Virus record (IMG/VR): IMGVR_UViG_2551306525_000009
Source of the DNA: a virus
Taxonomy: Duplodnaviria > Heunggongvirae > Uroviricota > Caudoviricetes
Reading direction: 5' to 3' (one strand)
DNA length: 36,183 bases
Below are positions 9,200 to 18,738 of the stretch, in pieces (position 1 is the first letter of the stretch; every line of letters starts with the position of its first letter). The notes beneath the pieces are model-generated. The model ran no database searches. It was not told the DNA's origin and was given only the letters and a program-made list of their open reading frames with translations. The position numbers were made by a program, and so were the translations under genes.

Positions 9200-9727
9200 A
9201 TGATGCACCTGAAAAATATTAAGGCCGGGAATCCGAAAACACCGGAACAATACCAGCTAACTAAAAAAGCGGGCGTGGTATGGCTCTTTTGTGAAGATGG
9301 CAAAAACTGGTATGAGGAACAAAAGAATTTTCAGCCAGACACCATAAAAATTGCTTACGATGAGAACAACATCATCGTTGCTGTCAGTAAAGACGTTTCA
9401 ACTATTAATCCTGAAGGGCTAAGCATAGTTGAAGTTCCTGATATTACGGCAAATCGTCGCGCAGACAATAACGGAAAATGGATGTTTCTGGATGGTAAAG
9501 TAGTAAAGAGGGAATATACAGAACAGGAACTGCAACAACAGGCCGAATCACAAAAGGCCGCATTGCTTTCCGAAGCTGAATCAGTCATCCAGCCGCTGGA
9601 ACGCGCTGTCAGGCTGAATATGGCAACAGACGAGGAACGCACACGACTGGAAGCATGGGAACGCTACAGTGTTCTGGTCAGCCGTGTGGATACGGCAAAT
9701 CCTGAATGGCCACAAAAGCCTGAATAA
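9200..9727 (+). CDS. alternative tail fibre assembly chaperone (Tfa')
   Basis: [14 protein letters not shown]... paralogous to the Tfa at 9756..10289; ATG 1 nt after the Sv' stop. Confidence 0.8.
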   Translation: MMHLKNIKAGNPKTPEQYQLTKKAGVVWLFCEDGKNWYEEQKNFQPDTIKIAYDENNIIVAVSKDVSTINPEGLSIVEVPDITANRRADNNGKWMFLDGKVVKREYTEQELQQQAESQKAALLSEAESVIQPLERAVRLNMATDEERTRLEAWERYSVLVSRVDTANPEWPQKPE

Positions 9728-9732
9728 AAATT

Positions 9733-9752
9733 AAGGCCCGATATCGGGCCTT
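9733..9752. terminator. bidirectional hairpin between the convergent tfa genes (AAGGCCCGAT/ATCGGGCCTT)
   Basis: perfect 20-bp palindrome read directly. Confidence 0.6.
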
Positions 9753-9755
9753 CTC

Positions 9756-10289
9756 TCATTCTGGTTGTTCGGGAAACGTTACTGGCAGGCTGGAAGTGTC
9801 TGTAGATTCGACTTTCTGCGCAAAGAGCATCCACTCTGTTAATTTTTGTTTATTCTCGTCGGAAATGATGCCCAGCCGTAGCTGTGAGTCCCATAGCTGG
9901 GTTTTATCCCTGACAAGTTGCAACAGGCTTTGCTTTTCATTTTCCGCTTGTTGCCTCTGCTCTTCCTCGGTACAAGTTCGCTTTATCACTACGCCATCTT
10001 TGAACATCCATTTCCCCGAAATATCAGCCCGGCGATTTGCTGTAATATCAGGTAATTCAACGACGCTTGCCCCCTCTGGATTAATTGCTGAAACATCCTT
10101 TTCAATGCAAATAATAACGCCGTTATGGTCATAGACCATTTTCAAAGTGTCTGGCTGGAAATTCTTTTGTTCCTCATACCAGTTTTTTCCATCATCTGAA
10201 TAAAGCCACTTAATGTTAAATTGCTTTGTTAGCTGGTACTGCTCCACTGTTTTAGGATTACCAGCGGTAATGTTTTTTAAGTGCATCAT
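9756..10289 (-). CDS. G: tail fibre assembly chaperone
   Basis: 177 aa, MMHLKNITAGNPKTVEQYQLT...; immediately downstream of the fibre gene. Confidence 0.85.
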   Translation of the reverse strand: MMHLKNITAGNPKTVEQYQLTKQFNIKWLYSDDGKNWYEEQKNFQPDTLKMVYDHNGVIICIEKDVSAINPEGASVVELPDITANRRADISGKWMFKDGVVIKRTCTEEEQRQQAENEKQSLLQLVRDKTQLWDSQLRLGIISDENKQKLTEWMLFAQKVESTDTSSLPVTFPEQPE

Positions 10290-10291
10290 AA

Positions 10292-12394
10292 TTAAATACT
10301 TCCCGCGTTATACCAAGTCCCATTAATGCAATACTGAATTGGCCTTGCCTGAGTTGTATCAATTAATTCATCACGGTTTCCGTTAACTGAACCCGTAACG
10401 ACATAACCTGACCTGTCAGACCAGCCGGGACCATTCCATGTCTGAACAGATGACAGACCGCCAAGGCGAATACCTGTAATAAACCTTGAGTTACATTCTG
10501 CCTGCGTATATGCACCAACATCTCCCGCAGAGGGTTTGCGGGTTGTGGTGTAAAACTCTGACCAGTCAGCTTCAAAGCCATAACCATCACGCGCTGAACG
10601 ATAAAAGATACCGCCATTTCTGTAATTCACGCGGAACTGTGCAGCAGGGCAACTCCCCGTATTCATATTGAAGTGGAGGATTAATGTCGATGCGCCACCA
10701 ATATTTGCGTTATAGACCCCGCTATTCCAGTTCCAGCCAACAGCTTTATCATTTCCGACAGTGCTTCCTGTTTGCCCTAAAGCAAATGCAGGTTGTTGAT
10801 TTTTCGTGTTGTAGTCTCGTCGCCAGCCAGGAGCATAAGCATCACCATGATTAATATAAGTGAATTGAGCGTTAGTAATTCCGCCACCGCTGGACGTGCT
10901 CGGCGTAGTAACGCGTATGGTCATTGCGCCGCGAGTGCCAATAACTTCCACCACAGCACCTGCAAGACAAATATTTCCGCAACCTGTATCTGTAATGACC
11001 TTATTATTTGCATAAGCCCATGAGCCTTTGCACATCCAGTAAGGATGGTTAAATGCTCCCTGACTCTCCAGCCACGAAATAAATTGCGCGGTTGTCCAGA
11101 CCTGACTATCGCCACCAATATTCAGCCATGAGCTATATGCGCGGCAGGCACCAATATTTTTGGTGAAGGTATCTTTTCCTGGAATATCTGCGCCGTTCTG
11201 GTTTTTCTGTAATGCGCCAGAAGCCTGATTTACCGTTTCCTGCAAACCGAGGTATTCGATAACGGCAGCAACGTTCGATTTCGCAAGAATATCCCGCCCG
11301 ACTTTTGTCAGGGTTGCCAGGCTGGCGACATCATTCCCCGTAAAATACGGAAACTTGTCTGCCGCAGTAGCAAGCCCGGCCAGCGCCGTCAGGGTGGCAT
11401 CTTTCGGTTGCTTACCCGCAAGCGCGTTAGTCATGGTGGTCGCAAAATTCGGGTCGTTGCCCAGCGCCGCCGCCAGCTCGTTCAGCGTGTTCAGTGCGTC
11501 AGGTGAAGAGTCTACAAGTGCGGCAATCGCGGCCATAACGAAAGCCGTGCTTGCGATTTGGGTATTATTCGTTCCCTGTTGTGCAGTTGGTGTTGTTGGC
11601 GTTCCGGTCAGTGCCGGGCTGTTTAATGGGGCTTTCTTGTTCGTTTCATCCATTACCGCCTTAACTGCTTTTGGTGTCGCTGCCAGCGTTTCAGACGTGC
11701 TGTTGGTTGCACTGCTGAGCTGGACTATCCCTTTTCGTGCCGTCGTGGCGTCCTGAGCGGTATATTTTCCGTTAGCCAGGTCATACGCGGCCTTAACCGC
11801 TTTCGGCGTTGCGGCCAGCGTTTCAGAATCGCTGTTAGTGGCGCTACTGAGTTGAACAAAGCCTTTTGCGGTCAGCGAGGCGTCCGGGTGACGTCGTGAC
11901 TGTTCATGCTCTTTCAGTTTGTCATCCACGTAATCCACTGTGGCCATCACCATGGTGTTATCCACGGTAAGCGCCACGGTGGCAGTGCTGGATACGGTCA
12001 GAATGGTGCGAAATGTTTGTGCACGACCGGACCCTTCGGCAACGGCTGGCTTGTAACTTTCGGCAGTATTGCCCACCGCGATTAAATCGCCGTGCTCATC
12101 AAATACACCAATTTCCCGGATCCAGAATCCGCCCGTTTCAGGAGGAATAACCAGCTCCGCAATAATGCGGTTCTGATGTGTTGCGTCCAGGATGACGCGA
12201 TTAACAGTGTGTCGCCACACCTCATGCACCAGACGGGTCTGCTTACTGTCTGGTGTGGGCAACGTGCCGCCACCGTCGCCCACGGCCATATGAGTCAGGC
12301 GGACAGGCTTACCATCTGGCGCGGCTGCCTGAGCTAATTTTTTTGCACCCGTATCGGTGATAACGGTTTTAAATTTTCGTGTTGTGGTACTCAT
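10292..12394 (-). CDS. H: tail fibre protein (constant N-terminal part fused to the currently expressed variable C-terminal part)
   Basis: 700 aa; gix-like site embedded at the constant/variable junction (11235-11262). Confidence 0.85.
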   Translation of the reverse strand: MSTTTRKFKTVITDTGAKKLAQAAAPDGKPVRLTHMAVGDGGGTLPTPDSKQTRLVHEVWRHTVNRVILDATHQNRIIAELVIPPETGGFWIREIGVFDEHGDLIAVGNTAESYKPAVAEGSGRAQTFRTILTVSSTATVALTVDNTMVMATVDYVDDKLKEHEQSRRHPDASLTAKGFVQLSSATNSDSETLAATPKAVKAAYDLANGKYTAQDATTARKGIVQLSSATNSTSETLAATPKAVKAVMDETNKKAPLNSPALTGTPTTPTAQQGTNNTQIASTAFVMAAIAALVDSSPDALNTLNELAAALGNDPNFATTMTNALAGKQPKDATLTALAGLATAADKFPYFTGNDVASLATLTKVGRDILAKSNVAAVIEYLGLQETVNQASGALQKNQNGADIPGKDTFTKNIGACRAYSSWLNIGGDSQVWTTAQFISWLESQGAFNHPYWMCKGSWAYANNKVITDTGCGNICLAGAVVEVIGTRGAMTIRVTTPSTSSGGGITNAQFTYINHGDAYAPGWRRDYNTKNQQPAFALGQTGSTVGNDKAVGWNWNSGVYNANIGGASTLILHFNMNTGSCPAAQFRVNYRNGGIFYRSARDGYGFEADWSEFYTTTRKPSAGDVGAYTQAECNSRFITGIRLGGLSSVQTWNGPGWSDRSGYVVTGSVNGNRDELIDTTQARPIQYCINGTWYNAGSI
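11235..11262 (-). repeat. right inversion crossover site (gix/hix-like), reverse complement TTATCGAATACCTCGGTTTGCAGGAAAC
   Basis: inverted copy of the site at 8285-8312; lies inside the H reading frame at LGLQETVN. Confidence 0.75.
11658..11867. repeat. imperfect tandem duplication (period ~132 bp, 44 aa) within the constant part of the fibre gene
   Basis: GCCTTAAC(T/C)GCTTT...CCAGCGTTTCAGA... occurs twice; encodes the repeated VQLSSATNS.SETLAATPKAVKA motif. Confidence 0.6.
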
Positions 12395-12396
12395 GC

Positions 12397-12927
12397 TTAA
12401 TCGTCCGGATAAATGGTAATAACTTCACCGTCATAAGTTGCCGCCGCTGCGAAAATATCCCCCGGAATTTCCTGAATGATATTCAGCCCTGTCATGTGGC
12501 GGCTGACCGGACGGGCATCAGCAATCAACCGCTCCATTTCCAGATACATTTCCTCCGTCACGCCACTGTCCAGTGTGCCGACTTCAACGGTAAATGTTCC
12601 CGGTTCTCCGCCGAACTCCCACCACTCAGACACGCGAATGAGGTATCCCAGCGGCTCAATGGCCCTGCGCAGTGCGCTGATGGTCCCTTTGTGTCGGTGT
12701 ATCAGCCATGCATCACGAATCACCTGTCGCTTTGTCTCTTCCGGCCAGTTGCGATCCCAGCGGTCAACGGAAAACGCCCAGGCGAGATAAGGCAGCAGAT
12801 GCACCGGGCAGGTGTCCGGCGACCACAGCGTGTTGAGGTCTACCGGAATGTCTGTAATGCGTGTTCCGACGGCTTCGGCACAACGCATGAAATTGCTGGC
12901 TGATGGTGGTAACAACGAATTACTCAT
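12397..12927 (-). CDS. I: baseplate protein I
   Basis: similarity to P2 gpI (LLPPSAS, WLAWAFSVDRWD, HKGTI, MERLIADA blocks); start at internal ATG 12927 (ORF track 12960). Confidence 0.8.
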   Translation of the reverse strand: MSNSLLPPSASNFMRCAEAVGTRITDIPVDLNTLWSPDTCPVHLLPYLAWAFSVDRWDRNWPEETKRQVIRDAWLIHRHKGTISALRRAIEPLGYLIRVSEWWEFGGEPGTFTVEVGTLDSGVTEEMYLEMERLIADARPVSRHMTGLNIIQEIPGDIFAAAATYDGEVITIYPDD

Positions 12928-13816
12928 TGCGTCCACCTTCGCTGATGGTGAATGACTCACAGCGCGCCGCCTGTATGTCGCTGATGGCCATATTCTGTGT
13001 GGGTTCGATTATCTCCACGCGTTGCACACCGTGCACATGCAGTGCGGCAGCAATGGCGGACAACGCCACGTCCTGACCGATAAGCCCCTGTTCAGCCAGC
13101 CACTTCCTGAACGACGATTCAGCCGCGGCCAGAATAGGTTCGGATTCCGGGCCGGGGTAAAAGTACAGTTTTGCATTCAGCCGCCATGTCACGATGCTGG
13201 CGCTCTGTACCGTCAGGCGGTCGGCCACCGGGCGGGTATCCTCTGCATTCAGAACGGCGCGAACGGTATTAAGCAACGCCTCCGTTGCTGTGCCGTCGCC
13301 TTCAGTGGACAGGATGGAAACCGTCACACAGGCCGGAGACGGACTGATAGCCCGTGCATCGCGCACCAGACCGCTGGCGCTGCGGGCAAAATACTCGTAT
13401 GCGCCTGACGGGCCAGCAACACTCAGGCCGTCGTATGCCCGCTGCGCCCGCAATCTCAGCGAGGTGTCGCTCTCCATCACCGCGTCGGTGGTATCCGTTG
13501 CCGGAGTGATAACCAGGCGCTTTGTGTTCATATTGCCCGCGAGGTTGTCCAGGTCTGTCCCGGCGCTGTGGCTTAACATGCAGGCGCGTGCGCCCTCGTT
13601 AACCCGCTGGCGTAACAGCATTTCACGAAACGACATGGTTTGAGCGATAACGTTCAGGGGTTCTGATTCCAGCTCCAGCGCGGCGGAGACGGCTTCACGC
13701 TGTTCGGCAGGATAGGACGCAATCATCATGGCCTTTGTGTCAGCCAGAATTGCCTCAAAGTCAGGCTCCGCGATGATGGCGGGTTCCGGTAACTGTGAAA
13801 GGTCAACGGCGGGCAT
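12920..13816 (-). CDS. J: baseplate protein J
   Basis: 298 aa, position and size as P2 gpJ. Confidence 0.8.
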   Translation of the reverse strand: MPAVDLSQLPEPAIIAEPDFEAILADTKAMMIASYPAEQREAVSAALELESEPLNVIAQTMSFREMLLRQRVNEGARACMLSHSAGTDLDNLAGNMNTKRLVITPATDTTDAVMESDTSLRLRAQRAYDGLSVAGPSGAYEYFARSASGLVRDARAISPSPACVTVSILSTEGDGTATEALLNTVRAVLNAEDTRPVADRLTVQSASIVTWRLNAKLYFYPGPESEPILAAAESSFRKWLAEQGLIGQDVALSAIAAALHVHGVQRVEIIEPTQNMAISDIQAARCESFTISEGGRNE

Positions 13817-13819
13817 GAT

Positions 13820-14170
13820 TTACTCCCTCAGCGTGATGGTTAATTCAACATTCTGCATGGTCTGCATGACAGTGCCCGACAGCGTCACCCCGGCGCGGCC
13901 TCCCGCTTTCCAGACAACGTCGATGGCATCCAGGGCAATGCGGGGTTCCCATCGTGTCAGCGCAATCACGGCAGCACTCATGCATTGCAGACGCGTGGTG
14001 TTATTCATGGGTTCGTCAATCAAATCAGGCACAAGGCTGCCATATTCCCGTCGCATAACCCGGCTTGCCAGCGGGGTGGTCAGGATATCCCTGACTGACT
14101 GTTTCAGGTGCTCCATATCGTTCAGGTTTCCCGTCCCGTCCGGATTCATTCCTGTGTAGCGGGTTGTCAC
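13820..14170 (-). CDS. W: baseplate wedge protein W
   Basis: 116 aa; RVMRREYGSL block as in P2 gpW. Confidence 0.8.
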   Translation of the reverse strand: MTTRYTGMNPDGTGNLNDMEHLKQSVRDILTTPLASRVMRREYGSLVPDLIDEPMNNTTRLQCMSAAVIALTRWEPRIALDAIDVVWKAGGRAGVTLSGTVMQTMQNVELTITLRE

Positions 14171-14748
14171 TGCGGGCCTCCTGTCGAATCGCTGCCGCCT
14201 TTCACGCCACCGTGTTTATGCGTATGCACGGTAATGCCGTTTGAGGTGAAGTTGCCGCCGCTGTGCGTGATATTGCCGCTCATCTTTCCTCCTTTTGTGA
14301 CGTCAAGCGTCGCCGTTCTCAGAAGGTTTGTGCATTCCACGACGGGCGTATCCAGTTTCACGCTGACGGATGCCTGTAAAGTGGCCGTTTTCATGCCGCT
14401 GGCGCTCAGTGCGCCTGCGTCCGCGTCGTAGCGGAACACCGCGCCGTCCGGCGCGCTGATCACGATTTCTTTCAGGCTTTTGCCGGGTGCCGGATTGGCA
14501 TCACTCCACAGGCTGCCAATTATCATGGCGGTTTCCGGGTTGCCGCCAATGCAGGCAATTGCCACCTGTTCGCCTGGTGATGGCGGCAGCCACACATTGA
14601 AGGCTCCCGCGCGCGTGGTGTTCCAGCGCAACCAGCCTGTTTCCAGTTCGCCGCTGCGAACGCGCACGCACCAGGATTCCTCATCAACTTCAGAGATGAT
14701 CCCGGTGCGGATGATGTTGCTCAGCAGTCGCATGAGTTCTGCGCTCAC
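14167..14748 (-). CDS. V: baseplate assembly / spike protein V
   Basis: 193 aa; P2 gpV-like N-terminus (RTGII.E, W..RAG, P.GEQV). Confidence 0.8.
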   Translation of the reverse strand: MSAELMRLLSNIIRTGIISEVDEESWCVRVRSGELETGWLRWNTTRAGAFNVWLPPSPGEQVAIACIGGNPETAMIIGSLWSDANPAPGKSLKEIVISAPDGAVFRYDADAGALSASGMKTATLQASVSVKLDTPVVECTNLLRTATLDVTKGGKMSGNITHSGGNFTSNGITVHTHKHGGVKGGSDSTGGPQ

Positions 14749-15389
14749 CGTACAGCCTCCGCAATCCGGCCCAGCACCGTGTTATAAATCAGGCGCTCAT
14801 CTGCCTGACTGATGCCCAACAGCTCACGTACCGGGTAATCGGTGAAAATGCCCGGCGCAACCTGATCGCGCTCACCGAACTGATGAACGCGTGCAATACG
14901 TGCGGCCACGCCGCTGTAACCCACCGTCACACCGGAAGCATCTGCACGGGCTTTCAGGTAGCGGGCGGTGCGCAGTTTTACGAACATGGGGACGCGCTTT
15001 GTGCTGTCCTGGTTGATGCGTCGGGTGCGTATTTCCAGAAAACGGTCGATGTCATCCCGGTAAAACGTGCGGATATTGTTTTTATCCTCATCCCACCCGG
15101 TAATGGTTCGCCCGTATTTCCCCGTGTCGTGATGCCAGTTTTTCAGCGTGCGTGCTTCGTTATTCCAGATAAAGCGAATGCGTTCCTGTATCCGGGTTAC
15201 GCGGCGTCTGCGTGGTGTCCATGCGGTTCCGTCCGGCGCTTTCTGTGACCGGATACGCGCCTGCTGGGCGCGGCGTAAATCCTGTGCCAGCTTTCTGGCG
15301 ATGTTATTGATGGCCTGCTGATTCAGGCTGTCGCGGATGGCCTCAAAGGTTTCATCCACGCGGGTGAATGCCTTATCCATCGCTTTCAC
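14745..15389 (-). CDS. S: tail completion / virion morphogenesis protein S
   Basis: position between R and V; start may be internal. Confidence 0.65.
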   Translation of the reverse strand: MKAMDKAFTRVDETFEAIRDSLNQQAINNIARKLAQDLRRAQQARIRSQKAPDGTAWTPRRRRVTRIQERIRFIWNNEARTLKNWHHDTGKYGRTITGWDEDKNNIRTFYRDDIDRFLEIRTRRINQDSTKRVPMFVKLRTARYLKARADASGVTVGYSGVAARIARVHQFGERDQVAPGIFTDYPVRELLGISQADERLIYNTVLGRIAEAVR

Positions 15390-15840
15390 CCCACGTCACA
15401 TCCTGGAATACATGCGACCAGTCGCCTTCGGAAGATGGCAGGCGGGGTTTTGGCTCCGGCAGGTGTTCTGCCTGCGGCGTGCCCTGACTGCTGCGCGTGA
15501 TGCGAACGCGTTCCCGCAAGGGGAGCGTAAACAGGAGATCGGCGCTGTCATCGTCATTGATAACGGCGGAGAATTTGATGTCCTGATTACGCTCCGGATT
15601 GAGCAACAACTGTGGCTGATTTTCTGATAACCACGCCAGTAGCGGCAGCGTGAGGTCGTCCAGCTCCCCGGCGTAATCCATGACAAACATCACCATCTGA
15701 TAGCGGTAAACAAACGAGGGCGTTTCTCCGGTCGTTTCAATGTTGCCGCTCTCCACGAAAATGGTGAATTTTTCCGGGTTGGCCTGACACCATCGGCATG
15801 AACGGGTCATGGCTTCACGCAGGGAATCAGTTTTCAGCAT
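15373..15840 (-). CDS. R: tail completion protein R
   Basis: 155 aa, position downstream of lysis genes as in P2. Confidence 0.7.
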   Translation of the reverse strand: MLKTDSLREAMTRSCRWCQANPEKFTIFVESGNIETTGETPSFVYRYQMVMFVMDYAGELDDLTLPLLAWLSENQPQLLLNPERNQDIKFSAVINDDDSADLLFTLPLRERVRITRSSQGTPQAEHLPEPKPRLPSSEGDWSHVFQDVTWGESDG

Positions 15841-16117
15841 GGTTGTTGTCCTCGTTGTTCAGTCGTTGCAGTCTGCGCTGTTCCAGTAATTCAATGGCCC
15901 GTTTATCCGCGTTACAGGTTTCCAGTGCATCCAGAAGGCGGTCGCCCCATATACCGAGATTTCCCCATGTGGGAGTATCAGGGAAGGGGGGAGGCATTAC
16001 TGGTATGGTCAGCGTCTGCGGTATAAGCCGGACTGACGGCGCTGGCCGTGGCGCGTTCTGCGTGCCTGCGCAACCTGTCAGTAAAACGAGCGTCAGGCAA
16101 AGCGTGGGCGCATTCAT
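15827..16117 (-). CDS. o-spanin (Rz1/LysC-like outer-membrane lipoprotein), overlapping the i-spanin 3' end
   Basis: MNAPTLCLTLVLLTGCAG lipobox; Pro-rich; overlapped-spanin architecture. Confidence 0.7.
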   Translation of the reverse strand: MNAPTLCLTLVLLTGCAGTQNAPRPAPSVRLIPQTLTIPVMPPPFPDTPTWGNLGIWGDRLLDALETCNADKRAIELLEQRRLQRLNNEDNNHAEN

Positions 16118-16385
16118 CTTTTGCAATATCGTTGCGTAGCTGTTCACGTCTGGCCTCTCCGTCCTGATTTCGCTGTTGATTTTCCACGCGGAGTTGCGCC
16201 AGCACCTGCTGCATATCCTGTACCCCGGTGCTGATGATATTCAGGGTGTCGACGGTACTTTTCAGGGCGCTGGCCTGCGCTTCGTTTCTGGCGTTCTCCC
16301 GGCCCAGCGACCACGACAGACGCATGGATGTTCCCCATGCGGCAATCAGAAGGAAAGCGACGCCCAGCGTGGGCCAGAGCTTCAT
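15978..16385 (-). CDS. i-spanin (Rz/LysB-like)
   Basis: N-terminal TM segment then coiled-coil; start overlaps endolysin stop (ATGA). Confidence 0.7.
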   Translation of the reverse strand: MKLWPTLGVAFLLIAAWGTSMRLSWSLGRENARNEAQASALKSTVDTLNIISTGVQDMQQVLAQLRVENQQRNQDGEARREQLRNDIAKDECAHALPDARFTDRLRRHAERATASAVSPAYTADADHTSNASPLP

Positions 16386-16774
16386 GCCGGATAGGCTCCG
16401 TGTGGTAACTGAAAATGCGGTCCGTCTTTCAGGGTCTTCCAGTCGCCGCCCCATTCCACCGGAATATTCAGTTCCCGGCTGGCCTGTCTGAATGCTGCTG
16501 CGATTTTTTCGTACAGCGGCCATTCCCATGACACCTGGCTGCCGATATAAGCCACAACATCCACGGCATGCCCCGTAAGGTGGCGGCTGTTCATGGTCTG
16601 GCTCTTACCCGTGGCCACCAGTTGCTTCTGGCGGTAACGGCTGCGCAACCCTTCGGTGATACCAAAATCCACTTCCGAGATTTCCAGTGCCCGTCGGGTC
16701 ACTTTCACCAGATCAGGATTTACGCCCTGCAAATTCTTTTCGCTCCGGCTGCTGAATTTAAATGTGTTGCTCAT
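16382..16774 (-). CDS. endolysin, peptidase M15 family (metallo-endopeptidase type), in place of the P2 lysozyme K
   Basis: 130 aa with SRHLTGHAVDV...H metal-binding arrangement typical of M15 phage endolysins; sits between holin and spanins. Confidence 0.7.
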   Translation of the reverse strand: MSNTFKFSSRSEKNLQGVNPDLVKVTRRALEISEVDFGITEGLRSRYRQKQLVATGKSQTMNSRHLTGHAVDVVAYIGSQVSWEWPLYEKIAAAFRQASRELNIPVEWGGDWKTLKDGPHFQLPHGAYPA

Positions 16775-17094
16775 TCGTCCTTCTCCTTCACCCTGCGGTT
16801 AAAGGCCGCAATAACCTTGTCGCGTGCTTTCTCTGCACCCATAAAACCGATTGATGCGCCGATAAACGTCACGGCATCTTCAGGAAACCCGAAGAAGCGC
16901 AACGACCCGGCCACGGCCATGGCAAGAACGCCGCACGCCAGCGATCCCGTTACGGTCTGAACCAGTGTTCGTCCGTCATAAAGACTCATCAGCGCGGAAA
17001 TGCTGACCGCCGCGCCTACTGCATACACCGTTGGCAGGTGGTCAAAGAGCCACGCAATAACCTGCTCTGTGATCCCTGTTTGAATGGTGCTCAC
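16771..17094 (-). CDS. holin (putative), GTG start
   Basis: hydrophobic helices with charged C-terminus (RRVKEKDE); GGGGAG RBS before GTG at 17094; ORF-track 5' extension overlaps gene X. Confidence 0.55.
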   Translation of the reverse strand: MSTIQTGITEQVIAWLFDHLPTVYAVGAAVSISALMSLYDGRTLVQTVTGSLACGVLAMAVAGSLRFFGFPEDAVTFIGASIGFMGAEKARDKVIAAFNRRVKEKDE

Positions 17095-17096
17095 TG

Positions 17097-17297
17097 CTAC
17101 TCCCCCCACAACTGAATCATTTCTCGTTTCTTCTTCTCCGGCTCCGGCATCTCCACCTCCTGCCCGGCGTCCAGAAATACCTGCTGACAGAGTCCGGGGT
17201 TGGCATCCAGCACCTTTTCGGTGACGCCCTGCGTCGTGCCGTAGTACCGGAAACAGAGCGAATCCACGGTGTCGCCTTCCAGTGCCTTCACTTTCAT
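17097..17297 (-). CDS. X: tail protein X
   Basis: MKVKALEGDTVDSLCFRYYG... matches the P2 gpX N-terminus (from memory); GGAG RBS. Confidence 0.8.
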   Translation of the reverse strand: MKVKALEGDTVDSLCFRYYGTTQGVTEKVLDANPGLCQQVFLDAGQEVEMPEPEKKKREMIQLWGE

Positions 17298-17800
17298 CAG
17301 CACAACTCCGCAAAGATTCGCGGGCGGCACAGAATGTCAGAGATGGCCCAGCTCACATCGCGCCACAAATCCGATGTCTGTATATCCAGTGCGTCCGCCC
17401 GGCGGTCGCCCTTGTCCGTTGTGTCCGCATCGCGGTAACGCTCCAGAATCAGGGCGCGTGTGGCGGTGTAAACCGCATTGCGCCAGTGCCAGAGATTGAC
17501 GCTTTCTCCGTTAATTACGGGTGCCGGAACATCGGCCAGCGTCTGATGGCCAGCCGCCTGCTGTTCCTGCTGCCACGCTTCCAGCTCGCGGGTAACGTGT
17601 GCCACGGCCCCGGTGGCGGTATGCAGCAGGCGGGAGGTGGTCACGCGCCCCGGCAGTCGTACCGCCAGACGCAGCTCACGCAGCACAATATCCGGCCAGA
17701 ATGCACCTGCTGAAATACGGGTATCACCATCATCGGTATCGGTGATGTCGTCCTCTGCGGGTCCGGGGTTGGTTCTGGCAACCATACTCATGGGGTTCAC
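17297..17800 (-). CDS. L: head completion / stabilisation protein L
   Basis: 167 aa, position between M and X. Confidence 0.75.
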   Translation of the reverse strand: MNPMSMVARTNPGPAEDDITDTDDGDTRISAGAFWPDIVLRELRLAVRLPGRVTTSRLLHTATGAVAHVTRELEAWQQEQQAAGHQTLADVPAPVINGESVNLWHWRNAVYTATRALILERYRDADTTDKGDRRADALDIQTSDLWRDVSWAISDILCRPRIFAELC

Positions 17801-17892
17801 TCCTGAAAAAATCGGGCGGTGGGTGCGCGGTGTAAACGGTCACGGAGTCAGACCGGAACACCGCGCACGCCGCCCGCTGACGGGGTCAGTCG

Positions 17893-18693
17893 TTAACCGC
17901 GCTTCGCCTTCTGCGTCGCGGTGGTTTTTCGTGTTGCAGGCTTCCGCGTTGTCTTTTTACTTTTGCTGCTTTCGTCCTGCGCCTGCGGTGTGCTGGCATC
18001 TTCTGGTGCGGCTGCGGAATCGGCTTTTTTCAGGGCGCGGGAAAGGGTTGCAATCTCGCGTTTCACACCTGCGTTCGGGTTCAGGTGCATTGCTTCGCGC
18101 AGCAGCTTCAGTGACAGGGCCATGCTGTCCGCATCACTCAGACCACGACGGGCAAAGGCGCACGCCTTGCATAATTTGGCGCGCACTTCGTCCGGCATGT
18201 CCTGGTCGGTGACAATCTCCCGGAGGGTGTCCAGTGGTTCGATAAAGGCGGACAAATCCGCGTCGGCATCCGTCCCGGCCTGCGTCAGTACCGGGTTGCA
18301 GATTTCTTCGGTCAGTACCGTGGCAGCAGTACGGCCAAAGTTATCCGGCATGATGAGGTTGTGACGGACCACATATGCACCAATACGCAGCGCCAGCGGA
18401 AGATCGCCGCAGTCAATCGCCCACACCATCAGCGTGGCAATCACTTCATCCTGCTGCCCGCCGTCAGCCTCCAGCGTTCCCTCAATCCAGCCGGAAAAGT
18501 CCGGCAACAACTCTTTTTTGATGGCGGCTTTCGCGCTTCTGGCCTGTACGCCCTTAAGCCGGGCCTGTGCCAGACGCAGACGATACAGCACCTCTTCATG
18601 CGCGGTACGCGCGGCGTGGTCCACGCCTTCATTCGCCCGGCCTGCGCGCTGTGCCATCACGTTCTGCCAGTGTTGCTGTGCAGGAGTAATCAT
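17893..18693 (-). CDS. M: terminase small (endonuclease) subunit M
   Basis: similarity to P2 gpM (DMPDEVRAKL, KKELLP blocks), basic C-terminal tail. Confidence 0.8.
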   Translation of the reverse strand: MITPAQQHWQNVMAQRAGRANEGVDHAARTAHEEVLYRLRLAQARLKGVQARSAKAAIKKELLPDFSGWIEGTLEADGGQQDEVIATLMVWAIDCGDLPLALRIGAYVVRHNLIMPDNFGRTAATVLTEEICNPVLTQAGTDADADLSAFIEPLDTLREIVTDQDMPDEVRAKLCKACAFARRGLSDADSMALSLKLLREAMHLNPNAGVKREIATLSRALKKADSAAAPEDASTPQAQDESSKSKKTTRKPATRKTTATQKAKRG

Positions 18694-18710
18694 TTTTTCT
18701 CTCCGTTACA

Positions 18711-18729
18711 GGCGGGCATGATGCCCGCC
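18711..18729. other. intercistronic hairpin between N and M (GGCGGGCAT-g-ATGCCCGCC)
   Basis: perfect 9-bp arms read directly. Confidence 0.4.
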
Positions 18730-18738
18730 GTGATTTGA

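Larger units (their letters stand above)
8285..11262. other. invertible tail-fibre segment (Mu G-segment-like) bounded by inverted gix-like sites
   Basis: inverted 28-bp repeats; contains two oppositely oriented variable fibre C-terminal cassettes, each with its own assembly chaperone. Confidence 0.75.

Noticed and set aside
12379-12903. 174-aa plus-strand ORF opposite baseplate gene I
   Set aside because: Antisense to a gene with clear P2 gpI similarity; no support.
16771-17313. 180-aa version of the holin ORF
   Set aside because: The 5' extension overlaps gene X in another frame and is Arg/Gly-rich; a GTG at 17094 with GGGGAG RBS gives a holin-sized product.
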